From the NCBI RefSeq assembly GCF_018977255.1, contig NW_024704743.1:77874001-77938000 (forward strand): a DNA stretch of 64,000 nt. The letters are read 5' to 3'. The translations under genes and the position numbers were made by a program. Shown piece after piece: positions 52,720 through 64,000 of the stretch (its first letter is position 1; every line of letters starts with the position of its first letter). The notes beneath the pieces were generated by a model. It saw nothing but the letters and a program-made list of their open reading frames with translations, ran no database searches and was not told where the DNA came from. Source of the stretch: Callorhinchus milii (lineage: Eukaryota).

Positions 52720-54712
52720 CAACAACAACAACAAAAAAATTACATTTATAGAGCGCCTTTCACGTCGGGAGGAGGTCCCAAAGCGCTGAACAGTCAGATG
52801 TCGGGGCCCGAGCATGGGGGAGGGGTGAGGGAAGGCAGAGAGGTGGGAGGGCGACCAAACGCACAATCGAAGAGAAGGGTCTTGAGACCGGTCTTGAAGG
52901 AGGCAAGGGAGGAAGCAAGGCGAAGGAACCATGGGATGGAGTTCCAGAGTGTGGGGGCAGAGAGGCTGAAAGCCCGGCCACTGATGGTAGGGCAGGTTGG
53001 GCGGGAGACATGGAGCAGACTGGAGCCCGCTGAACAGAGGGAACGGGCAGGTTGGTAGGGAGTCAGCAGGTTAGAGAGGTAAGAGGGGGCAAGGCTATGG
53101 ATGGCCTTGCAAGTGAGGACGAGGATCTTGAATTCAATCCTCTGGGGGATGGGGAGCCAGTGGAGTCGGGCGAGGGTGGGAGTGATGGGGTCGCGGAGTC
53201 TGGTGCGTGAGAGTACACGAGCTGCAGAGTCTTGGATGATCTGCAACTTGTGAAGGGAAGAGTTGGGAAGGCTGATGAGGAAGGAGTTCCCGTAGTTGAG
53301 CCTTGATGTGACGAATGCGTGGGTGAGGGTTTCGTCAGCCTGAGTGGTGAGGCAGTGGTGGAATCTGGCAATGATGTGAAGGTGGTGGTAGGCAGTGCCG
53401 GTCATGTCGTGGATGTGGGGGAGAAGGACAATTCACGGTTGAACAAGATACCCAGGTTCCTGACTGGCTTAGTGAGATTGAGTGTGCAGCCGTGGAGGCT
53501 GATGCTGCCAGCACCTGAGGTGCGGAGGCGCTGGCGCGAGCCAATCAGGAGGGCCTTGGTCTTGCTGACGTTGAGTTGGAGACAGTTGGCCCTCATCCAG
53601 GACTTGATGTCGGACAGGCAGTCGGTCAGGACGCCAGTAGTCCTGGAGTTCAAGGTGGAGGCAGAGAGGTAGAGTTGAGTGTCATCTGCATACATGTGGA
53701 AATTTACCCCATGTCTGGGATGATGTCACCCAGGGGGAACATGTAGAGGGTGAAGAGGAGGGGACCAAGGCAGAGCCCTGAGGAACACCGCACGAGACAG
53801 TGTGGGGGCTGGAGGAGAAGCCGTTTGCCACAATGAAGAGGTGGCAGTGTGAAAGGTAGGACCTGAACCAATCAAGGACGAACCTTGAAGGTTGAGGTGG
53901 GAAGAGAAGTGGTGGAGGAAGATTGAGTGGTCCACGGTGTCAAAGGCAGCGGAGAGATCGAGGAGGATGAGGAGGCAGAGGGAGCCCTGGTCACACATGG
54001 TCAGGACGTCGTTTGTGACCTTGACCAGCATGGAAACCTGATTGGAGCGGTTCATGGAGGGAGTGAAAGGAGAGGAAAGAGTGAAGCTGGAAGGCAACGG
54101 CTCACTCAAGGACCTTGGATAAGAAGGGGAGATTTGAGATGGGCCAGTAGCTGGATAGCTGTGATGGGTCGAGGGAAGGTTTCTTCAAGGTGGGGGTGAT
54201 AGTGGCTGTTTTGAGGAGGGTAGGAACAGTGCCAGATGACAGGGAGAGGTTAATGATGTCGACGAGTAGTGGGGCAAGGAGGTGGAGCTGGGATTTAAGG
54301 AGAGGGGTGGGGATGGGGTCCAGGGAGCAGGTGGTGGGCTTCATGGAGATTATGGTGGTGAAGACAGATGAGGGGGTGACAGGTTCAAAGGTGTGGAAGG
54401 AGGGATGGGTATTTGTCGGATGGGTAGTTATGTGGGGTGGGGGTAGGGAGGGGTGGAAGTTGGGAGGGTAGTGGCAGCTGAGCGGATTCCCTCAATTTTG
54501 GACTTAAGGAAGTCCAGCATTTTCTCGCAGTGAGAGTCAGAGGAAAGAATTTGCTAGGCATGTCAGGGAGGGCAGAGGAGCTGGTTGGTGGTGGAGAACA
54601 GAAGCCTGGGGTTGCCTTTCACTTCCAGGATTAATCAGGAATAGAAGGATGATTTGGCTGAGGTGTGAGTGGAGCGGTAGGTTTTGGTGAGGTCCAGCCA
54701 GATGTGGCGTTG
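52720..54712 (-). mobile_element. L2 3' half with RT (frameshifted)
   Basis: Peptides LLDLSAAFDTVDH, YADDTQLY and LHWLPIPQRIEFK; (TTG)n tail at 52720. Confidence 0.95.
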
Positions 54713-54736
54713 GACCGTTAGTCCGGATTTCGACAC

Positions 54737-55881
54737 CTTCAACTACTCTATCCTTATCCACCGCCTCTCCTCTCACCTCAACCTCCACGGCACTGTCCTT
54801 GATTGGTTCAGATCTCTCACACCACCTGCACTTCATCTCCTCAAACGGTTTCTCCTCTAGCCCCCGCCGCCTCTGAAGTGTTTCTCAGGGCTCTGTCCTT
54901 GGTCCCCTCCTCTTCAACATCTATATGCTTCCTCTTGGTGACATCATCGACATGTATGCAGTTGCCACCCAACTCTACCTCTTAGCCTCCACCCTTGACT
55001 CCAGGAGCACAGCTGTGCTGACAGAATGTCTGTCAGACATCAAGTCCTGAACGAGAGCTAACTTTCTTCAGTTGTACGTCAACAAGACCAAGGCTCTCCT
55101 GATTCGCTCCCATCAGTATCTCCTCACCTCACCTTGCTAAGTCAGTCCAGAACCTTGGGGTCTTGTTTGACCCTCAACTATCTTTTCTACCCCACATCTG
55201 CGCCATGACCCGCTCTGCCTTCCCCCACTTCCGTAACTTTGCCCGGCTCCGCCACTGTCTCACACCGCAGGCCGCCGAAACCCTCATACTTCATTACATC
55301 AAGGCTCAACTATGCAAACTCACTGCTTGTCAGTATCTCCAACTCCTCCCTCCACAGGCTGCAGATCATCCAGCACTCTGTAGCCCTGGTTCTCTCCCGC
55401 ACTAGGCTCCATGACTCTATCACCCCCATCCTTGCCCAACACCACTGGCTTCCCATCATACAGAGGATACAGTTCAAGATCCTGGTCCTCACCTTCAAAG
55501 TCCTCCACGGTCTTGCTCCCCCCTACCTCTCCGACATCCTAACCCCCTACCACCCTGTTCGCTACCTCCGCTCAGGGGGCTCTGGCCTGCTTCACATCCC
55601 CGCCTCGCTCGCCCCACTATTGGCGGGTAGGCCTTCCATCACTCTGCACCCACCCTCTGGAACGCCATCCCGCAGACCCTCCATCTTGCCCCCTCCCTGG
55701 CCACCTTCAAGACCCACCTTAAGACCTTCCTCTTCGACCATGCTTTCGATCTCCCTGCTTCCTCCTCTGCCCTCCCCCCTCCTCCACCCCGACTCTCAGC
55801 TCGGGTCCGTAACTCTCTGTCCAGCGCCTTGGGATGTCCTCCCAACGTGAAAAGCGCTATTCAAATGTAATTTTGTTGTTG
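54737..55881 (+). mobile_element. L2 3' fragment, inverted relative to the preceding copy
   Basis: Homologous RT C-terminus; tail ttttgttgttg at about 55880. Confidence 0.93.
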
Positions 55882-57922
55882 TATTTCACAGCAATGTCCC
55901 AATAACAAATTAAATTGTCTTTAGCATGAAACCAGGTAGGTTAATTGTGCATCAGAATTCAAAGAATGTAAATAAATGTACAAATACAATAGGTCACCTT
56001 AACTGAAACACACAGCTGTTTTGAATTCAACATTTGAACTCTGTTGCTTTCAATTTTACCCAAATAGTTACTCATGGCCACTCACACAACTTTGGCTGGA
56101 AATTTGCAGGGTATAGAAAAGATAGTGAAACAAAGGTTAACAATGAGATCAAAAATAGTATATTCACAAACTAGATAGCACCTCCAGCAATGCAGCACAG
56201 CCACTGCACTGTATTGGAGTGTTAGCTTAAACTATATGAGTTCACATTCCAACAAGGGGCTTGAACCCAAAACCCTTTGACTCAGAGGCAGGAGTGCTAC
56301 CAACTGATCCAGGCTAACACCTTGTACAATCCATTTCATTTTGGGAGGACATCTATGAAGCGTAGTGACTGTGTATTTTGTAGGACAATGCAACAGCCAA
56401 TTTTGCACAGAGCAACATTTTCTTTTTTGTTAGTTCCATGCCATCTTGAACATTTACCTAAACAGGCAGCCTCAACCTCTGACAATGAAGGACTCAACAT
56501 CAGGCTATGCACAAGAACATTGTGCACATTAAAGAATCTACCCTTCTCTGCATCTATAACAGTCACTGGATCATGGCTGTTTCTTTCAGACTGCGTGCCA
56601 CTTCATTGCTGGAGGATACAATTTATGGGGGGTGAAGGATGTGACATTCAATGTGATAATCATCACTGGTGATGCAGTATAGAGTTCTGCTCCTATCAAA
56701 GTCCCAGTTGATGATGGTGAACAAACATTTTCCCTCCACCACTCCCTGTGAAAATAGTTCACTTGCAGTCACAATTGAATCAATTCATAACAGCATTAAA
56801 ATCTCTGCAAGGTAGTGGAATTCCAACATAATTGAATGAAAAATTCCACGAATGTGATAATATTACCAGTGACATCAATTATCACATTTTTCAACCCATG
56901 TTTTCAGTAATACCGTTCCTCACCTCTGCTATCTCTCCATCTCGCCCCATCTCTATCTGAATTTAAATTAATAATAGTAATCCTTGCATTTGATATAGGG
57001 CCTTTATCACGTCTTCAAGACGTCACAAAGCGCTTCACAGAAAATACTGTAAGTGAATTGACTGTATATTTGTGGGCGAAATTCCACCTCAATGCCTATC
57101 TCTTCGACCACGAATATACTCACCCCAACTTCTCCCCTCCTCTCTTGCCTGTTAACCGACTCTATCATTGTGAAGTGCTCCAAGAAGTCGTCCTATGTAT
57201 AAAAAATGGTCTATGATTTACATTGACTTCCAAATTCCATCTGGTCCAAGATTGTAAGATTATTTTGTCTTAAAATGTAACATGATGTAGGATTGCGGAA
57301 AATTCTAAATTCAGCCTTAATTTGGAAGCTGTTTTTTTNCAGAAAAAATAAACCAGTTTCCAAATCAATTTTTCCACACTTCTGTGCAATGTTAAATTAT
57401 AAGAAAATTGGTCCTAAGGTGAAGACGAACCCACGTCGTAACACCACAGTCACAAACATGAGATTTTCAATGTATAGAGGAAAGTTTAGGCATACATGAG
57501 GGAAAAGAGAATAGCAGAGTTATAAGAGCAGGGAATAGGAAGAGTGTATGCTTGTGGAGTGGAGCATAAAAGCATTTATTTAACAATTATTTAGATGGGC
57601 CGAATGGCCTGTATGCGTGCCATATGATTCTTTATAATTCAATGTAATAATTTCACCATGTAATAATACCAGAAAAGCCCCCATCACTCCCCCTTACCCC
57701 CTCTCGCCAATCCCCTCCCTCTCTTTCCCTTTCCCATTATCTCCACCCCTCCCATGTTTAATCTTAGTCAACGATTAGATTCAAACTCCAAACTCTCGTC
57801 CTCCACTGCAATACCTCCCAGTGTTCCTGAGGTACAGAACGTCTTCTAAACTTAATTTAATTTGACTCAAAGTTGAAAACACACAGGAGTGCTGGACACA
57901 GAGACAGATCACTGGTTCCAAA

Positions 57923-57935
57923 CTCCACCTAGTGG
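57923..57935 (-). promoter_or_regulatory. CTCF-like motif
   Basis: Reverse complement reads CCACTAGGTGGAG. Confidence 0.4.
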
Positions 57936-59725
57936 GACGTGAAAGTTGCGGTCAATCAAGGGTATTTTCAGATGGCTCCTTCATAATGAAATAATTTGCA
58001 CAGACTGTAGGCAAGTCTAGCTGTGAGAGTAATTGCAAAAGTCCTGAGCATCCTTTCTTTTTCACTGCAAGACTTTCATAAAAGTGTGCAGATAAATTCA
58101 GATCAGATGCTGGAATACCACTTAACACACAGAAGGCTTCCTCTAGGAGTCTAAGGCCCATAAACTTTAACTAACAGAGAAGCGGCTCCAGCCCTAATTA
58201 GATTGAAAGTGTACTAATATAACAATTTCCATGTCTGATGTAGAGAAACGGTAATGTCCAACTGCTAATGGTTAGAACAAGAACCAGACTGAACTACAAA
58301 GCTCTGGTGAGGGGGGCTGTGTAATGATACAAGGGCATACATACAATGTGGATGGGATTTACAGCAATCCAGTTAAAGCTCCTATCAGGAAAGTAGGGAA
58401 GCACTATGGGGTGGCAATAAAACAATGACTAAATAAAGACTTTTACTACACAGGTAAATTGTCTATGGAAGTTTTTAATTTGAAAGTCGGATGTCAAATG
58501 GCCAACTAGTGACTAGTCTCCTGGGGTGGGGGGGAGGTAAGTGAGGTCTCTACGGAACTGAGCTGGCACATTCAATTCCAGACGCAGGGAAATTCACATG
58601 CGGAGATGGCGTACATGTAAAACTCTCAGTCTGGCTTGAATACTCTTCTTGTTGTTTTGCCTTCTTAAGAGTGGTGATGGGTGTCCACATGTGTCAAACA
58701 CCTGGCTGACCAAATAACATTTTCAGATTCTAACTAGCTGGAGGTAATTGATGAAAAACTCAGGGTTTTCCCAGAACAGTCCCTTAAGCATTTGCTTGTA
58801 ACCAATTTACAGGCAATCAACTCTACTTCTGTTTTTCTTGAGCTGTGTGAACCAACTAGAAAGCGATGAGCCTGCTCAGTTAATAGCATTGTTGTTTGTG
58901 AATCAAAACATTGTGTTTTCAAGTCCCATCTTGGAATTCTGAGCTAATTATACTGATACTGATACATTATTCTGATGCAATATTGGGGGAGCACTGCATT
59001 ATCAGATGTTCAGACTTTCAGATGAGACGTTAAACCAAGGTCTCAGCTGCCTGTTCAGGTGGATGTTGAAAATCCCACAGCACTATTGTATGTGACTTAG
59101 GTTGATGTTTATGAGTGTTTGCATAAAACAATGGTAAATTTCTATTCAAAAAGAGAAGGAGTTTCTCCCGGACTACTTGCCAACAATCCTGTGGAGTACT
59201 GTAGCATATTAGTTAGAACACTCTCCTCGCAAGTGAGGGGACCTGGGTTCAATTTCCGGGCAGGGCAAAACCTTAGTCAAGATTCCTTACTCCACACAAT
59301 TCTGTTTACCTAGCAGTCAGTAGGAATCCGATTGTCTGGCAGATCGGTTTCTGGGGGTAATAGTCCCTTCAAAATAAATAAATAAAAATACTAATTTGTT
59401 CACTTAATCCATGACTGTTTATGGGCCACTGCTGTGCGCAATTGGCGGTGCGTTTCACCCACAAAATATACAGTTAGTTCACTTTACAGTAAATCCTGTG
59501 AAGTGCTTTGAGCCATCCTCCTCACAGCTGTCTTCCAAAATGCAAGGATTACTATTATTATTATTAAGATAGATTAACACCAGGATCCATCCATTGAATT
59601 GAGCATAAAACTGTTCTGCAGCAATCATGCAGATGCAGCATTTGAAGAGATGTCTATCAGCGGGAGAAAGTGATCGATATCCTTTGACTGAGATTCCTTG
59701 CTGAAGATTCATCTGGAATGCTCAC

Positions 59726-59832
59726 CTCAGTATCTTCCTTAAAAGGGAGTGTCCCAGCACAACTAGAGCAAGCACATCACAGCAGAATTCCCCCAGATTA
59801 GCATGATGAAAAGGAATACCATTAAAAAAATA
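59726..59832 (-). CDS. Candidate coding exon A of an unidentified multi-exon gene (YFFNGIPFHHANLGEFCCDVLALVVLGHSLLRKIL)
   Basis: Acceptor tttgcag, strong donor GAG|gtgagc, open frame; ends in phase 2, matching exon B. An alternative acceptor inside the exon is possible. Confidence 0.45.
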
Positions 59833-60143
59833 CTGCAAATTAAAGTGATTATTTAGTATTGGGGTAAAATTTTAAGTGGTCAATAATTAACGTTGGCATT
59901 AGATTTCACTTAAGTGGTGGAAACAGATTCAATAACAACTTTCAAGAGAAAAATTGATAGATATTTGGGGAGGACAAATTGGTAAGGCTATGGGGAGAGA
60001 GCGGGGGAGAGGGATTAATTTGGATAGCTCTTTCAAAGAGCCAGCATGGATACGATGAGCCAAATGGCCTCCTTCTGTGATGTATAATTCTATGATTCTA
60101 GGTGTGCAATGTTTGCAAGATTCACGCTAAACACAATGTAATA

Positions 60144-60159
60144 CCACTAGGTGGCAGCA
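60144..60159 (+). promoter_or_regulatory. CTCF-like binding motif
   Basis: CCACTAGGTGGCAGCA matches the CTCF core consensus CCACYAGRKGGCRS. Confidence 0.6.
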
Positions 60160-63100
60160 CTCTCTCCTCTCCCATCTTCACCCACCCAGTTCCAAGTTGT
60201 TCTTGTGGCAATTTGGAGTGTTGCAAGTATTCTTTGGGTTTTGTTGTTATATTCTGGGTTGGTTCTGCTAAAGAGCAACTAAAGTCATGCTTTTCCCAAC
60301 CCAGTGATGTTTTTCTCCCCACTCTAGATCAGGGTTTCCACTAAGGGCACACTGCCACCAAGTGTTCATGTAGTATATTACACCATGTTTCACTGTTAGG
60401 TTCACACCATATATTGCACCATACAGCAATAATTTACACAAACCTAATTTAGGATACCCTAAATTATATCCCTTGTGTGTATAATTGACTAGGGCTGATA
60501 AGTAATACGCATTTGGTAATGTTTTGTGGAGAAAACATGAGCCAAATCGTTCTCTGCCAATTTCTTGACTTCCATGAATTGGAGGTAATCATAATTCCTC
60601 TATTTTGCAAAGGCTTCTCGCTGGTCTGTTTATGACTGTCCTATTGATGCCAAAACCAACTCTCCTCGGAAGTGGGGGGGGGGGGGGGGGGGGTGCAAAC
60701 AGAGTCCACTTGCAGCTGAACTGGCTCCAAGGTGTTATGCTTCGTAATCAAATGTCAGAATTAAGGCGACCCTCTGTGGTGGTCTCAGTAGTCCGGTTAC
60801 TGAGCCAGGCGGGTCTACAGTACTCTACGGCACTGCTGATGACTGCCCAGCCAGCCTGGTTGATTGGCAGGACTTGGGGAGGCAGACCTGTCACTGGGAG
60901 AAGGGATTTTTCCTACTCTATCCTATTAACCCTGCAAGCCAAAACCCTAGCAAGGAGATGGTCCCAACTCGACAAGCAGCAGGAAGCTTTCCATGCAGTT
61001 CTTTCAAAGGTAAAGTATGTGATTTTAATTGGTTAAACTCAAGCAGTACCTAAATGCATACTCTGGGGTCTACAAGTCTTGGCTCTGGCCAATTTACACC
61101 TAATGCGCTCTGGAATGAGGTGATCAGGGTGTGTCCTTCCAGGGAGCGAGTGCATATTCCATTCCAGAAAGTGAAATTTCCATATGTAAGTGGCAAGCAT
61201 AGGTGGAACTCAGTCTGGTTAAGATACACTTAAGCATGGTGATATATTTCCACTTATTTCAGACATCTGGCTGACCCCAAAAAAAGGCTGAACAAAAAAA
61301 AATTATTATTATAATGTCTTATCTGAAAACACAGCTCAAAACACATCTTGCCAATCAGTTTATCCTCCAAGGTTTCATTTGTAGCTAATCCAACATTTTA
61401 TTTGATATCTTTAAAAGGAGTCAGTTGTGCGCTGATCATGAACTCCCGTAATCATCTGCTACTTGTTTCTAAAAATCATTAATAAAATAAAACTAATTTT
61501 TATTCCTTTCCCTCCTTTCCAGTATGTTAATGACCTGTGTAGTATTTTAGAGAAGTGAGCCTTCCATTTCCTTTTTGACAATATTTTTACGTAAATCTCT
61601 GTGCTCATCAAACTGAAGGATGCCAGTGATAAAGAGTAGAATTATTACTGTTGAGCACTCGCAGATCAGACACAGGCCAGAGGCAGTATCAACCTCCCTC
61701 TTGCCTGCCCTCACAATGTATTGCGACCTTTCAGCCCTATTGTAGCAATAACACTTCACGTTTCCCATTCGAGCCTCCTTTTTGGCTGCTAATGCAGCAG
61801 TGATTCCTCACTGGCTTTGTTCTGTGTATTCATGCCCACTAGGACATGGCTTGACACAGCCCAGACTCAATTAGGATTCTTTCAGCCAGGAGAGGAAAGA
61901 AACTTTCACTCCATCAATCTGCACTGGATTTTCTCCTCCCAGAAGTAAAAGAATAATACAATCTTTCTCTCCACCTACGCCTCCCCTCGCTACTTATTCT
62001 TATATATGTACAATTTAGTAAGGGGGGTCTCCTTGGAGCTGAACTGGCTCCAAGGTGACATATTTGGCAACAGAATGTTCGAATCAAGCCAGCCCTCTGT
62101 GGCGGTCTTGGTAGTCCAGTTCCTGAGCCAGGTGGGTCCGCAGTATTCCAGGGCACTGTTGATAGCAGCACGGCCAGCCTGGTTCATCGGCAGGATTTGG
62201 AAGGGCCGACCAGTCGCTGGAGGCTGGAAATTATCCCACTCAGCTCCTGTTAACCCTATAAGACAAAACCCTAATGGGTAGGGTGATCCTAGCTGGACGA
62301 GCAACTGGAAAGCTTGCCAGACAATGATATCAATTGCAAGCAATGCGGTTTTATCTGGTTAGACACCAGCAGTACTCCAACACACACTCTGGGGCCTCCA
62401 TGCCTTTGCTTTTGCCAACCTACGTAGTTTTGTTCACAAAACATACAGTCAATTCATTTGACAGTATATTCTGTGAAACGCTTTGAAATGTCTAGAAGAC
62501 ATGATAAGGCACTATATTAAATGCAACGATTATTATTATAATAATACTTTCTGGAACTAGGTGAGCAGGATTGTTCCCTAGAGGGAGAGTGCCCATTCCA
62601 TTCCAACAATATATCTCTGGAATTTCCATTTGTAGGTGGTATACATGGAATTCTCGGTTTGGTTTGGATATTCTTAAGCATGGTAATGGTTTCCTGCATG
62701 TGTCAGACACCTGGCTGACCAAACAAATGTACAAATTAAAACTTCCCCCTCACATTTATTATTTAAAAAGGTGCCATGAAAGTCTGGGCACTGAGGAGAA
62801 AACTAAATCTCACAGGAGGATTTTTGAAATTCTATTAAGACATTTTTTCCCATTTACAAAAGATCTCCTGAAAAATTGCAAAGATTTGCAAAGAATGTAA
62901 AGTACAGAAACAGGTCACTCAACCCAACCAGTCTGTGCCAGTGTTTATACTCCACATGAGTCTACATTGATTCCTTCCACCCATTCATTCCCCTCTCCCT
63001 CATGTGAAGATCTAGCTTCCTCTTGAATTCATCTATAATTTCATGCTGGTTTCATCTGGAATCTATTGGGAAAATAATATATTAAAAAGTGACATAAATA

Positions 63101-63769
63101 AGCCATATTTGCATATTTTGCCCCTATTTTCTGGGCTCCATAAGCCAAATGGCATGGAAACTGCACAGAACATGAATAAACTTTGCTGTGCTAGAACTTC
63201 CTATATCTCCCTTTCTCAGATTAAACCTTAACATAATGGAATCAAAGTAACTTCTGGGGAATGGAAATAAATGAGGCCTAAACTGCATCTGTTTATATTC
63301 AACTTCCTGAGGAACAATCATCAAGAATCTCTCCGAAAACTTATGTTTCCTTTGAATGGCTTCATAACACAGTAAACAGCTAACTGTAAATCTCCTGGCA
63401 GAACTGATCACTAATACAAATAAAGCTAGTGAGTACACTGAGAATAATGAATACTTGGGAGCTATTATATGTCGGCGATCTGATCGAAGGACTCAAATTA
63501 CATCATAAAACCATGAGACAAAACCCTGAGCAGTTTATAACCATCACCTGAACGCTGAAATTAGATCTTAGCCTTGAAATCGCTCCTTCCGATCTGTTCT
63601 TATTTATAATATGAACTGTTCTGGTTTTGTACAGTAGTTTTATTCTGTGTTGTTTTTTTCTCTGATATTTATGATTATCAGTGTCCCTTGTTTATCTCAT
63701 TATTTCCACACAAGGATTAACAATTGTAACAAGATTTACTGTAGAATCATTGAAATAAATAAATAAGTT

Positions 63770-64000
63770 TCATAAGAACATAAGAATTAGGAGCAGGAGT
63801 AGGCCATTCGGCCCCTCGAGCCTGCCCCGCCATTCGATAAGATCATGGCTGATCTTCTGACCTAACTCTAATTACCTGCTCTATCCCCATATCCCCTAAT
63901 CCCTCTGTTTTTTAAAAATGTATCAGTCTCAGCCTTTTGGGTTGTTTCCTCAACTCTGTTCTAAAAGGCTGACCCTTAATTTTAAGACTGTGACCCCTGG
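63770..64000 (-). mobile_element. CR1 3' end, running off the window
   Basis: (CATAAGAA)n tail followed by aggagcaggagtaggccattcggccc on the + strand. Confidence 0.85.

Noticed and set aside
60674..60693. Poly-G tract as a functional G-quadruplex
   Set aside because: It is an expansion of a short G-run present in other copies of the unclassified repeat, and its length may be a sequencing artefact.
63124..63438. Non-repeat ORFs (also 57952..58161 and 35856..36224) as exons
   Set aside because: No convincing donor or phase match; they may be chance ORFs.
1..64000. CRISPR array, rRNA, operon or viral insert
   Set aside because: No regularly spaced repeats, rRNA motifs or dense intronless coding were seen.

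Overview
Vertebrate genomic DNA: AT-rich, CpG-poor and dense in repeats. The repeat set (L2 LINEs with (TTG)n tails, CR1 LINEs with an esterase ORF1, Deu-domain SINEs and a tRNA-Ala-headed SINE) suggests a cartilaginous fish, possibly a chimaera; this is inference. Most ORFs in the track are LINE or SINE debris. Between the repeats I find about 11 candidate minus-strand coding exons with GT-AG borders. They form two phase-compatible chains (59.8 to 44.7 kb and 22.6 to 3.0 kb) of a gene I cannot name. Other notable structure: an unclassified ~620-bp repeat family with terminal hairpins, a family of AT-rich palindromic elements, a 3' stem-loop shared by the SINEs and L2, chimeric or rearranged retroposons, a perfect 36-bp inverted repeat and a cluster of CTCF-like motifs. 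I see no CRISPR array, rRNA, true tRNA gene or prokaryote-type system. All alignments were made by eye and repeat boundaries are approximate.
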